This document shows positions 28,788 to 38,559 of a DNA stretch of 64,000 nt, piece after piece. The translations under genes were made by a program, and so were the position numbers. The notes beneath the pieces are model-generated. The model searched no databases. It saw only the letters and a list, made by a program, of their open reading frames with translations, and was not told the origin of the DNA. This stretch comes from Leptonemataceae bacterium. Its GTDB lineage: Bacteria > Spirochaetota > Leptospiria > Leptospirales > Leptonemataceae. The stretch covers positions 3,424,001 to 3,488,000 of the forward strand of contig OZ245742.1 of NCBI GenBank assembly GCA_965227295.1, read 5' to 3'. Within the stretch, counting starts at the first letter, position 1. Every line of letters starts with the position of its first letter.

Positions 28788-30238
28788 ACAGCACAAAGAT
28801 CTACACGATAGCCCTTGTCACGGCGCTCACTGTCCCGGCCTCGCTCGCCGCCGACGAATTTCACAACATCAACGGTTTCTTCGGGGAACGCGCGGCGGGA
28901 CTCGCCGGGGCCTACGTCGCCGTCAGCGATGACCCCTCCGGCATGGTCTACAATCCGGCCGGCCTGGTTTACGCCTACGACCAGTACATCTCGCTGTCCG
29001 TGAGTTCGTACAGTGAGACCTCGAAGGAATTCCGAAACGTCTTCGGCATCGGCCAGGACTATACGCGTACGTCCCGCGCCTACGCGCCGAATTTCTTCGG
29101 CGCCATTACGACCTTCGGCGACGTAAAGTTCGGCCTGGCCATCGTGAGCCCGCAGCAGGAAGAGTTCGATCAGGCCGATCAGATCTACTATCCCCAGAAC
29201 GGACCGAACTCCGCGTTCTTGCGGACGGACTTTACCGACGAAACTACCGAGATCCTGGGCGGGCCGGCCCTGGCCATTTCTCTGGGCGATCGTCTCTCCA
29301 TCGGCGCGACGATCTTCGGAGAATGGAACAGCCGGCGCATCATCTCGCGCATCTTAAACGTGGACCAGTCCGGTGGTTACGTCTCCGATTCGTTTCAGGA
29401 TCGCCGCCGGACCATCAGTATCGTGCCGGTCCTGGGTTTGCAGTACATGCCCACGGACGAACTGGCGCTGGGTTTTTCGGCGCGCCGACGTTTCGTAACC
29501 AGCGGTTCGCGACTGCTTTCTTCTATTACCACGACGTCTTCGAACTCGGCGCCGGACTCGCTGAGCATCGCTCAGGTCACGGACAAACGTTTCGCCGTGA
29601 TCAGTCAGGATCAGATCATCACCGCGCCCGGCGTGCGGGGCGAGTTGCCGGAAACCTACGAACTGCGCGGCGGCTTCGCGTACTTCGTCTCGCGCTATTT
29701 CCTTACGTCGTTCGATGTGATCTACACCAGCGGCTATCGCAGCAGTCAGCAAAATATCGGCGCGGAGCTCCTGTCGCGCACGCTCATCGTGGACAACGGC
29801 GACGAGCCGTTGCTCAGCCGCGAGGAAACCCTGAACGTCGCCGCGGGTCTCGAGTACTATGTCACGGACAACTTTTCGTTGCGCGGCGGTTTCTTCACGA
29901 ACAAGGCGAACTCCGAGGACATCGATTGGTTTCGGGCCGCTCTCATCGGCGCCGCGCGTAGCGTCATTCGCGAGGGCAACCTCTCGGCCACGGACGTCTT
30001 TACGCAATCGAACATCGTGGTGGCGGTGCCGGACCTGGCTCAATCTCTGCGCAACGAACACGTCGACCTGCAGGGCTATACCTTCGGCCTGGCCTGGGGA
30101 GATGCGACGTCCTCCGTGAGTCTGAGTTTTTCCCTGGAGCGCGGGCGGGGCGGGGCGCAGATCGATCCCGGCGGATTGCCCCAGCCGCTCGTCTACGAAA
30201 ATCGGACGGTCTACCTGGTGGCGAGCACGCGCCAGTAG
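28784..30238 (+). CDS. FadL-like outer-membrane beta-barrel protein
   Basis: GERAAGLAGAYVAVSDDPSGMVYNPAGL N-terminal motif. Confidence 0.8.
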   Translation: MNSTKIYTIALVTALTVPASLAADEFHNINGFFGERAAGLAGAYVAVSDDPSGMVYNPAGLVYAYDQYISLSVSSYSETSKEFRNVFGIGQDYTRTSRAYAPNFFGAITTFGDVKFGLAIVSPQQEEFDQADQIYYPQNGPNSAFLRTDFTDETTEILGGPALAISLGDRLSIGATIFGEWNSRRIISRILNVDQSGGYVSDSFQDRRRTISIVPVLGLQYMPTDELALGFSARRRFVTSGSRLLSSITTTSSNSAPDSLSIAQVTDKRFAVISQDQIITAPGVRGELPETYELRGGFAYFVSRYFLTSFDVIYTSGYRSSQQNIGAELLSRTLIVDNGDEPLLSREETLNVAAGLEYYVTDNFSLRGGFFTNKANSEDIDWFRAALIGAARSVIREGNLSATDVFTQSNIVVAVPDLAQSLRNEHVDLQGYTFGLAWGDATSSVSLSFSLERGRGGAQIDPGGLPQPLVYENRTVYLVASTRQ

Positions 30239-30272
30239 CCGATCGCTAACATTCGACCGGTAACAATCAGTC

Positions 30273-32495
30273 ATGAACATCCAACGCAAACTCATCTGGG
30301 CCGCGCTGTTCGTCCTGGTGCCGTTCGTTTACGTTGCGCTGCTCGACCTTGCCGGCACCCGGGAGCGCCTGGACAACGTGTTCGTCGACATTCGCTACCG
30401 GGTCGCGAATCCCGGGCACCGCATTTCCGACAAAATCGCCATCATCGACGTGGACGAGGAATCGCTGCAGCAGCTCAAGGACGACGAGTTGTTCGGGCGC
30501 TGGCCCTGGCGTCGCGCCGCTTATACGGAGGTACTGGACTTCGCCCTGTACCGGGCCCAGGCGCGGGCGGTACTCTTCGACATTCTGTTCGTCGAGCGTT
30601 CGTTTTTCCAGGGGCCCAACGCGGAGTTCAGTGACGACGAGATCCTGGCCTCCGCCGGCGACTACTTTCCGGGCATCTATCACGCGATCAACTTTCGTTA
30701 CGATGCCAACGCTCCCCGGGTGCCGCCGCCGTTGCCGGAGCCGGAGTTGCTTTCGAAGGCCTGGGACGTGCACGTGGCGAACGAGGACATTGTGCCCGTC
30801 TTCAATCGCGTCGCCTATCCGGCCGGGGAGATCGGCCATCGTGTGTCCGGGCTGCAGTCGGTGACGTTCGCCCCGGATCCGGACGGCATCTCCCGGCGCA
30901 TCCGCCCGCTGTTCGGCGTGGGGGAGGCGGGCAATCGAAAGTTCTACCCGACCCTGGCCCTGGCCGGGCTGGACGCCGTGCACGGTGTCCGTGACGTAAC
31001 TTACACTGAAAACAATCTAACGATTCAAACTCAGGACGGCTCCGCCCTCGAACATCCTCTGCAAGACGGGCAGATGCGCCTGCACTATTACAGCGAGGAA
31101 GAACTGGAACGCATTCCCCGCCTGGGCGTCTTCGCCTTTCTGGCGTCCATGTCTTTGATCGAGCAGGGCGTCGACGACTTCAGCGAACTGGCCGTGGACC
31201 CGACGCTGCTGGCCGATCGCGTAGTAATCCTGGGGACCTCCGCCGCCGCCACCCACGATACGGTGACGACGCCCTACGGCATCGCGCCGGGGTTTATGCT
31301 GCACGCGATTCTGCTATCGAACTTACTCGAGGGCCACGCCCTGCACGTACTGCCCGGCTGGCTCGGCTACGCGATGATGATCGTACTGTTGCCGTTGACC
31401 GTGGCCTGCGTCCTGTTTTTTCACAACGTGGTGTTGCGGGTGATTCTGCCCGTGACGGTGTTCCTCGCCGTGGGTCTCAGTGCGGTCGTCTTGTTTCAGT
31501 ACGACATCGCGCTGCCCATGGCGCACGTCTGGCTTTCCATGCCGCCGGTTTTTCTGGCGTCCATGGCGTTGTTGAGTTTTACCGAGGGCGCCGAGAAGCG
31601 TCGCTATCGTCGCGTGCTCTCGAACATGGTGGACCCGACCATCGTCGGCGAGGCGTTAAAGGATCTCGAAGCGTTGAAACAGGGCGGGGAGAAAGAAATC
31701 ACCGCCTTCTTCTCGGACGTCGCCGGTTTCTCGACGATCAGCGAAGGGCTGAGTTCCCAGGCCCTGGCCGATCTTTTGAACGAGTACCTTTCGGCCATGA
31801 CGCTCATCTTAAAACACCATCGCGGCACGCTGGACAAGTACATCGGCGACGCGGTGGTGGGCATCTTCGGCGCGCCGATTGATCAGCCCGAACACTTTCG
31901 CGACGCGGCCCGGGCGAGCCTGGAGATGCTTGAACGCCTGGAAGAATTGAAAGCGTACTGGAAAAAGAACGATCTCTACATAGCTGAAGCGCAGGACATG
32001 CAGGTGCGCATCGGCCTGAACACCGGCACGGCGAAGGTCGGTTTTATGGGCACGGACGACCTGGCGTCGTATACGATGATGGGTGACACGGTGAATCTGG
32101 CCGCGCGCCTGGAAGCGGCGGGCAAGGACTACGGCGTGAGTTGTTTGATCAGTGAGAGTACGAACGCTCTCATCAAAGACGAGATGCTCACGCGTTTGCT
32201 CGACGCCGTCGTTGTGAAAGGCAAAACGAAACCCGTGCGCATCTATGAGCTGATCGGCGGCCGGAGTACTGTCACGGACCAGGCGGTGGAGGCCGCGGCA
32301 AAGTTCGAAGCCGGCTTCGCTTTGTATCTCCAGCGCGATTGGGACGGCGCGGTGCGAACGTTAGCGGAAGCGGAGCGCTTGCGCGGGCAGGGGCCGGACA
32401 GGGCCGTGGCCATGCTGGTGGAACGCTGCGAGTTCTATCGATCCGCGCCGCCCGCCGAGGGTTGGGACGGCGCCTTTGTGCGAACGCACAAGTAA
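30273..32495 (+). CDS. CHASE2-domain adenylate/guanylate cyclase
   Basis: GRWPWRR, FSDVAGFS, DKYIGDA, GDTVNLAARLE. Confidence 0.95.
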   Translation: MNIQRKLIWAALFVLVPFVYVALLDLAGTRERLDNVFVDIRYRVANPGHRISDKIAIIDVDEESLQQLKDDELFGRWPWRRAAYTEVLDFALYRAQARAVLFDILFVERSFFQGPNAEFSDDEILASAGDYFPGIYHAINFRYDANAPRVPPPLPEPELLSKAWDVHVANEDIVPVFNRVAYPAGEIGHRVSGLQSVTFAPDPDGISRRIRPLFGVGEAGNRKFYPTLALAGLDAVHGVRDVTYTENNLTIQTQDGSALEHPLQDGQMRLHYYSEEELERIPRLGVFAFLASMSLIEQGVDDFSELAVDPTLLADRVVILGTSAAATHDTVTTPYGIAPGFMLHAILLSNLLEGHALHVLPGWLGYAMMIVLLPLTVACVLFFHNVVLRVILPVTVFLAVGLSAVVLFQYDIALPMAHVWLSMPPVFLASMALLSFTEGAEKRRYRRVLSNMVDPTIVGEALKDLEALKQGGEKEITAFFSDVAGFSTISEGLSSQALADLLNEYLSAMTLILKHHRGTLDKYIGDAVVGIFGAPIDQPEHFRDAARASLEMLERLEELKAYWKKNDLYIAEAQDMQVRIGLNTGTAKVGFMGTDDLASYTMMGDTVNLAARLEAAGKDYGVSCLISESTNALIKDEMLTRLLDAVVVKGKTKPVRIYELIGGRSTVTDQAVEAAAKFEAGFALYLQRDWDGAVRTLAEAERLRGQGPDRAVAMLVERCEFYRSAPPAEGWDGAFVRTHK

Positions 32496-32588
32496 CGCCC
32501 GTTGTTCTTGAAACGCAGTCTTAATTGCGATGGACTCCCGTGAAAAAATCGTGGTTGTCCCGGCGCGTCCGGTCGCGAGTTTTTTCCC

Positions 32589-33455
32589 ATGAACGAAGGT
32601 GCACTGCGATTCTCCGGGCCGCCGGATTCACTCCCCGCGAAACTCACGGCCGTTCTCGAAGTCATTTTGCTGCTGGCTTCCGCTACGGCGGTGCTGCTGT
32701 GGTTGATGGGCATGCCCCTGTTTTATGCGGACGGCGAGCCGGTGCTTTCCGTGTTCACGGCGCTGTCGCTGCTGCTGCTCGTGATCGTGAGGCTGGCGCG
32801 CAAGTTTCTCTTCGGCTGGCCCACGGCACTTTCGCTGGCGTTGATCGGCGCGGTACTCGGCGGCAATCTTTCGTCCATGCTCATGCTCACGAGCATGCCG
32901 CCGGGGCTCATGCGTTCCTTTCCGGACGTGGTCATGACCTCGGTCTTCACGTCCCTCGGCCTGCTGCTCTTTTGTCTGTACGAGTTACTGATCGTCCTGC
33001 GTGAAACGCCGCGTTCGACCTTTATTCTGGACGACATCCTGTTGCACCTCGCCCTGGTTCCCGGCGGCTTAAGTTTACTCGGCTATCTGTTTGGCAATCC
33101 GTTGTATCTCAGTGTCGGGGAAGATCCGCGGGTGGGCATCTCGCCGTTGGAGATGATGTTCATGGGAACCTATGCCGTCACGGCGGTACTTTCGAATCGT
33201 CAGTTGTTTTTGTGGCAGTTCCTGGCCGCCGGCTGGATCAACCGCCTCATTTTCGCCGCGTTGTTTGCGAATCAGTTCATTGCGCCGGTGATCACGGCGT
33301 ACGCCTTTTCGACGGGCCTCGAATCCGGCGGCGGGCCGGGCATTGAGCTGTTCGTGTTGTTGGCCGGCGTGATTGCGACGTTGACGTTCCTGGTGATCCA
33401 GGCGTACTTACACACGCGCTCGCGCGAATCCGCACCGGCTCCGTCCCGCGAGTAA
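32589..33455 (+). CDS. Multi-pass membrane protein
   Basis: About 8 hydrophobic segments. Confidence 0.75.
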   Translation: MNEGALRFSGPPDSLPAKLTAVLEVILLLASATAVLLWLMGMPLFYADGEPVLSVFTALSLLLLVIVRLARKFLFGWPTALSLALIGAVLGGNLSSMLMLTSMPPGLMRSFPDVVMTSVFTSLGLLLFCLYELLIVLRETPRSTFILDDILLHLALVPGGLSLLGYLFGNPLYLSVGEDPRVGISPLEMMFMGTYAVTAVLSNRQLFLWQFLAAGWINRLIFAALFANQFIAPVITAYAFSTGLESGGGPGIELFVLLAGVIATLTFLVIQAYLHTRSRESAPAPSRE

Positions 33456-33664
33456 AGGGGCGATGTCTGATATTCAGAGCGACAGCCCGTCCGTACTCCG
33501 CGCGAATTTGAATACATTTCCGGTGTCTGCGCCGGGTCTGAAAAAAGACTGGCGCCGGTTTGCGCGGTATTGTAAGTTCGGCGCGTGTTTTCTTCGTTGA
33601 TCTGGACGCTCATCTTCGTCTACGCCGCGTTCTTTTATTTATTGAACCGGGTGATGGCGGATTG

Positions 33665-34252
33665 ATGGTACTCGGACACTACGCCGCCGCATTTATTGCC
33701 CGCCCGCACGTGCGGGAGGCGCCGTTGTGGGTGTTGCTTCTCTGCGCGAACCTGGCGGAGTTTTTGTGGCTCGGCCTGGCGCTGGCCGGCATCGAGGCGA
33801 CCGAGCCCGCGTCCATTTTAGACGCCACGTTCCAGAACCTCAAAGTACACATGACCTACAGCCACAACGTCGTGCCGAATCTGCTGCTCGGCTTCGGCGT
33901 GTTCGTCGTGGTGTACGCATACTATCGCAATCGAACTCTGGCGCTCTGGTGTGCGGGGCTCACGGTGCTGCACGTATGGTGCGACTACATCGTCGGCTTT
34001 CAACATGAATGGCTGGGGCGGGACTCACTCAAGATCGGCCTCGATTCCTACGGGCACTTCCCGCACGTCGCGATCCTCATCGAACTCGTTTTCGCCGTCG
34101 GTTGCGTCTTTTATTACAGCGTCGCCGAAAAACGCGCGGGCCGGCCGGTGCCGCGGCGTAAGCTCGTGTTTCTCTACACGGCGTTCATCATCGGAGTCGG
34201 CGCCTGGTTGCCCACGGCCACGATTCCGTTGCGCACAGTGCTGGGGTTGTGA
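33665..34252 (+). CDS. Membrane protein, metal-dependent hydrolase-like
   Basis: MVLGHY, YSHN, HVWCDYIV. Confidence 0.7.
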   Translation: MVLGHYAAAFIARPHVREAPLWVLLLCANLAEFLWLGLALAGIEATEPASILDATFQNLKVHMTYSHNVVPNLLLGFGVFVVVYAYYRNRTLALWCAGLTVLHVWCDYIVGFQHEWLGRDSLKIGLDSYGHFPHVAILIELVFAVGCVFYYSVAEKRAGRPVPRRKLVFLYTAFIIGVGAWLPTATIPLRTVLGL

Positions 34253-34260
34253 GCCTTCGA

Positions 34261-35440
34261 GACGCCGTTCCGTTGCGCCTCAGAAAGGATTAATGTACAC
34301 TGACCGCCACTTAAGCCACGATCCGGGGCGTGCTCGAACTACTTGAGCGTTTCCGGTAGTTCAAGAGCTGCGATTCGTTGCGTTGGCCGTGAAAAATAGA
34401 AAGTAAGTCCCCCGCGAACCCGCACCCGCTCCGCCCCGCGAATTGAGCGGGGCTCCGGGGTGCGGATTCGCTTGATGTGCACTTCCAATCTGTGAGGCTC
34501 AGGCACCGAGAACATACCAACGCGTTTCTTACGGCAAAGACGCCGTTCCGGTGCGCCTTACCACATTCCCCGGCATGACCTCCGTTCATCTGCTGGAACC
34601 AGCCGTGACCATAAAAGTGTGAATCCAAACTGGCCTTAACTTACATCACGATTCGGGGCGTGCTCAAACGGATGAAAAGTTTCCGGCAGTTCAAGAACTC
34701 TGGCTCGCGGCGTTTGCCGTGAGACACATAAGGTAAGTCGCGCAATAGGTAAGGGATTGATTTGGCTACGGCTTTGCGGGAGTTGTGGATTTTCGTTTCG
34801 TTAAGAATGCTGCGTTCGACCCGGACGCTGATTGTGCGACTCAGCTACCGAGGCGATTCTTACGGCAAAGACGCCGTTCCGGTGCGCCTTACCACGTTCC
34901 CCGGCATGACCTCCGTTCATCTGCTGGAACCAGCTGTACCCATAAAATCATTACTGTACACTGGCCGCCACTTACACTACGATTCGGGGCGTGCTCGAAC
35001 GAATAAAACTTACCGGTAGTTCAAGAGCTGCGGTTCGTGGCGGTTGCCGTGAGAAACACGAAGTAAGTCGCGGAATTGTGAAGGGCTTTTTTTTGCTACA
35101 GCTGAGCGGGAGTTGTGGATTTTCGTTTTGTTAGGAATGCTGCGTTCGACCCGGACGCTGATTGTGCGACTCAGCTACCGAGGCGATTCTTACGGCAAAG
35201 ACGCCGTTCCGGTGCGCCTTACCACGTTCCCCGGCATGACCTCCGTTCATCTGCTGGAACCAGCCGTACCCATAAAAGCCTTAATCCAAACTGGCCGCCA
35301 CTTACACCACGATTCGGGGTGCGCTCGAAAGAATAGAGTTTTGCGGTAGTTCAAGAGTCGCGGTTCGTCACGTTGGCTGTGAGAAACATAAAGTAAGCCG
35401 CAGCATCGTTCAGTCTTTTGTGGGCTACGGCTGAGCGGAC
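34261..35440 (+). repeat. Tandem array 1 of ~330-bp non-coding unit (family A)
   Basis: Anchor GACGCCGTTCCG at 34261, 34539, 34870, 35200 (periods 278, 331, 330). Confidence 0.97.
34414..34471. repeat. 58-bp REP-like hairpin (family C) nested in array 1
   Basis: GCGAACCCGCACCC...GCCCCGC-loop-GCGGGGC...GGGTGCGGATTCGC; near-identical copy at 63079-63136. Confidence 0.9.
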
Positions 35441-35610
35441 TTGTGCGGGATGTCTCCTGCATCGCCTGCGCTCGTCAAGATTGATGTAAGCAAACTTCGT
35501 GATGTTGGCTCGCGTCGGAAAATTAGAAGGTTGCGGCAAAGAACGAGGATGTTTTTTTGCACCGATGCGATGGGATGATCGTCGAAGGCATACGCTGCAC
35601 TGATAAAAAA

Positions 35611-36981
35611 ATGCCCGCAAAGAAAAAAGAAAAACCGAACCTCGACGAAGCCCTGGAAAACGACGACGCCGATGCTGTGCGGCGTTGTTTGCGCGACGGT
35701 GCCGATCCGAACTTCATCGCCGAAAACCGGCGCAGTCTCCCGTTCATTTGCGCGGCCGAAGAAAACAGCGATGCAGTGGTGCGAGCGCTCGTCGAAGGCG
35801 GGGCCGACATCAATCTCCCGGGCAAGAACGGGAACACCCCGCTCAGCAGAATGTGTGGCGCCTGGGGTCCCGCTCGCGTTACGGTCATGGAATTCGACGC
35901 GCTGAAAGCACGGATCCGGCTCCTCGTGGAACTCGGTGCCGATGTCAACGCCATCGGGAAAAACGATACGACGCCGCTGCTTGCTGCGATCCATGGGGCC
36001 GGCGGCCCCATCGTGGAGTTACTGCTCAATGAACTCGGTGCCGATCCGACCATGCGATCCTTCGGTGGAACGACACCCCTGATGTATGCCGCGCTCTATG
36101 AAGACGTGACCATGATCGACGCACTCGTTCGTTGCGGTTGTCCGCTCAACGCGACGAACGAAAACGGCATCAGCGCCCTGCACATCACGGCGATCACGAA
36201 CAATCCGGTGGCGGCCCGGGCCCTCCTCGGTTACGGTGCCGAAGCAAACCTCGCGGATCGATACGGCGCCACGCCGCACGACTACGCGGTGTTGTTCGAA
36301 CTTCCCGAACTCGCGGAAATTCTGCGCACGCCGGAGACACCGGCCGCCACGGAGGATCGACTCCGCTCCATTTGCGACAGGGCGCACCGCAAGTTTCGGG
36401 AGTATGTCCAATCAGAAGCTGAACGACTGCTGAGTCAGGATTATTTCGACGCCAATTTTGAGGCCGTCGTCACGCTTTTCGCGAATCAGTACTTTTCGAT
36501 GAACGATCTTACAGTCCGGCGTGTCTTTGATCCTCTCTGGCCGCAGTTTCTAAAACTCGTGCCGCCTTTTGCGGCGGGTCACTATGCGACTACAACCTTC
36601 GAATTCAAGTCCCAGGGCGGCGCCATCCTGGACTTTTTTTACGACAAAGAACCATTGCTGGACGTTGCGATTGCACACTACGAAAGGCTCGGCCTGGCAG
36701 AGTTCGAAGAGCTCGCCCATAAAGCCCGAAGCATCTACTACGAAAGTGTGGTCTCCAAAATAGAAGCACTGCGCCAACGCATGCGCGACGAATACCCCCG
36801 TGACGAGTACGTCTCCGGTGAGGACGCCGTCTATGAATGGTACGAGGAGGAAGACGGCGATATTCCGGAGGGGAGACTCTTTGACGATATCCGTTCGAAA
36901 ATGGAGGATCTGCACGACGCACCGGCCGCCATAGAAGCCCGCAAGAAAGCCTTCGAAGAATACCTGCGCGAAGAATCATAA
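35611..36981 (+). CDS. Ankyrin-repeat protein with acidic, possibly DUF4375/DMP19-like C-terminal domain, copy 1
   Basis: GADPN, GNTPL, TTPLMYAA, SALHITA repeats; the C-domain assignment is tentative. Confidence 0.88.
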   Translation: MPAKKKEKPNLDEALENDDADAVRRCLRDGADPNFIAENRRSLPFICAAEENSDAVVRALVEGGADINLPGKNGNTPLSRMCGAWGPARVTVMEFDALKARIRLLVELGADVNAIGKNDTTPLLAAIHGAGGPIVELLLNELGADPTMRSFGGTTPLMYAALYEDVTMIDALVRCGCPLNATNENGISALHITAITNNPVAARALLGYGAEANLADRYGATPHDYAVLFELPELAEILRTPETPAATEDRLRSICDRAHRKFREYVQSEAERLLSQDYFDANFEAVVTLFANQYFSMNDLTVRRVFDPLWPQFLKLVPPFAAGHYATTTFEFKSQGGAILDFFYDKEPLLDVAIAHYERLGLAEFEELAHKARSIYYESVVSKIEALRQRMRDEYPRDEYVSGEDAVYEWYEEEDGDIPEGRLFDDIRSKMEDLHDAPAAIEARKKAFEEYLREES

Positions 36982-36994
36982 ACAGGAGAAGAAC

Positions 36995-38356
36995 ATGCCT
37001 GAAGAAAAAGAAGAGCCGCCCAATCTCGACGATGCCCTGGAAAACGACGATGCCGATGCTGTGCGGCGTTGCCTGCGTGACGGTGCCGATCCGAATGCCA
37101 GGATTAAGTACGGACAGCTTCCGTTGACCAGCGCCGCACGGGAGAACAGCGAAGACGTGTTGCGAGCCCTCGTCGAAGGCGGTGCCGATATCAACCTGCC
37201 CGCCGCGGCTCCGCTGAGCGCGGTCTGCGAAAGCGGCCTGGTCCCCGTTCACTTCCAGAGACCGGGACTCGATGCGGTGGAAGCACGCATCCGACTGTTG
37301 GTCGAACTCGGAGCCGACGTCAACTTCACCGCACAGAACGTCGACCCGCCGGTCTTTTGCGCGCTTCACGGAACCGGAGGCTCCATCGTGGAGTTACTGA
37401 TCAACGAACTCGGCGCCGATCCCGCGGTGCAGTCCTACAACGGAACGACCGCTCTGATGCATGCCGCGATTTACGAGGACGTGGCGTTCATCGACGGTCT
37501 CGTTCGTTGCGGTTGTCCGCTCAACGCGACGAACGAAAACGGCATCAGCGCCCTGCACATCACGGCGATCACGAACAATCCGGTGGCGGCCCGGGCCCTC
37601 CTCGGTTACGGTGCCGAAGCAAACCTCGCGGATCGATACGGCGCCACGCCGCACGACTACGCGGTGTTGTTCGAACTTCCCGAACTCGCGGAAATTCTGC
37701 GCACGCCGGAGACACCGGCCGCCACGGAGGATCGACTCCGCTCCATTTGCGACAGGGCGCACCGCAAGTTTCGGGAGTATGTCCAATCAGAAGCGGAAAA
37801 CCTTCTGAGCACTCCGTATTTCGACGACCATTTTTTCAGCGCCATCGTGCACTTCGCGGATCTGTACTTCGCGATAAAAGGGATTACGATGCGCCATGTA
37901 TTTTCGAATCAGTGGCCGCAGTTCTTAAAACTCGTACCGCCCTTTGCAGCAGGTCACTACGCCACAACTACATTCGAATTCCTGACCCGGGACGGAAACA
38001 TCCTGCACTTTTTTTACGAGAAAGAGCCGTTGCTGGACGTTGCGATTGCATACTACGAAAGACTCGGCCTGGCAGAGTTCAAAGAACTCGCCCGCAATGC
38101 CCGGAGCATCTACTACGAAAGCGTGGTCTCCAGAGTAGAAGCACTGCGCCAACGCATGCGCGACGAATACCCCCGTGACGAGTACGTCTCCGGTGAGGAC
38201 GCCGTCTATGAATGGTACGAGGAGGAAGACGGCGATATTCCGGAGGATAAACTCTTCCGGGACATCCGTTCGAAAATGGGTCGCCTGTACGGTACACCCG
38301 CCGTCATCGAGGCTCGCAAAAAAGCCTACGAAGAATACCTGCGCGAAGGATCATAA
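36995..38356 (+). CDS. Ankyrin-repeat protein, copy 2
   Basis: Paralogue of 35611-36981 with identical DNA tracts. Confidence 0.88.
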   Translation: MPEEKEEPPNLDDALENDDADAVRRCLRDGADPNARIKYGQLPLTSAARENSEDVLRALVEGGADINLPAAAPLSAVCESGLVPVHFQRPGLDAVEARIRLLVELGADVNFTAQNVDPPVFCALHGTGGSIVELLINELGADPAVQSYNGTTALMHAAIYEDVAFIDGLVRCGCPLNATNENGISALHITAITNNPVAARALLGYGAEANLADRYGATPHDYAVLFELPELAEILRTPETPAATEDRLRSICDRAHRKFREYVQSEAENLLSTPYFDDHFFSAIVHFADLYFAIKGITMRHVFSNQWPQFLKLVPPFAAGHYATTTFEFLTRDGNILHFFYEKEPLLDVAIAYYERLGLAEFKELARNARSIYYESVVSRVEALRQRMRDEYPRDEYVSGEDAVYEWYEEEDGDIPEDKLFRDIRSKMGRLYGTPAVIEARKKAYEEYLREGS

Positions 38357-38369
38357 TCAGGAAAACAAC

Positions 38370-38528
38370 ATGCCCGCAAAGAAAAAAGAAAAACCGAACC
38401 TCGACGAAGCCCTGGAAAAGCGTTTCTTCGATGATGCCGGGGTGCAACTGAACCTCCAGATCGACTCCAAAATCGCCGAGCAGCCGCGCCGGAAAGCATT
38501 CCAGGAATACTGGCGCGCGAAAGACTGA
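38370..38528 (+). pseudogene. Collapsed third ankyrin-gene copy
   Basis: Begins with the same DNA as copy 1 (MPAKKKEKPNLDEALE), joined to a C-terminal-like RRKAFQEYWRAKD. Confidence 0.8.
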
Positions 38529-38559
38529 GGGCCGGCGCGATCATTCCGCGCCGCTCGCA

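Noticed and set aside
34885..34935. Hammerhead or HDV-like ribozyme in the conserved block
   Set aside because: Minus-strand CAGATGA is not CUGANGA with a matching GAAA, and I could not build the HDV pseudoknot by eye; a formal search is still needed
34762..35349. Small repeated ORFs (…MTSVHLLEPAVPIK…) in the units
   Set aside because: Starts and frames differ between copies, 1-nt indels break them, and there is no clear RBS
34261..35440. CRISPR array interpretation of family A
   Set aside because: Period is ~330 bp, variable segments are short recurring alleles rather than unique spacers, and there are no cas genes
35611..38356. DGR template/variable repeat pair
   Set aside because: Differences are not adenine-specific and there is no reverse transcriptase
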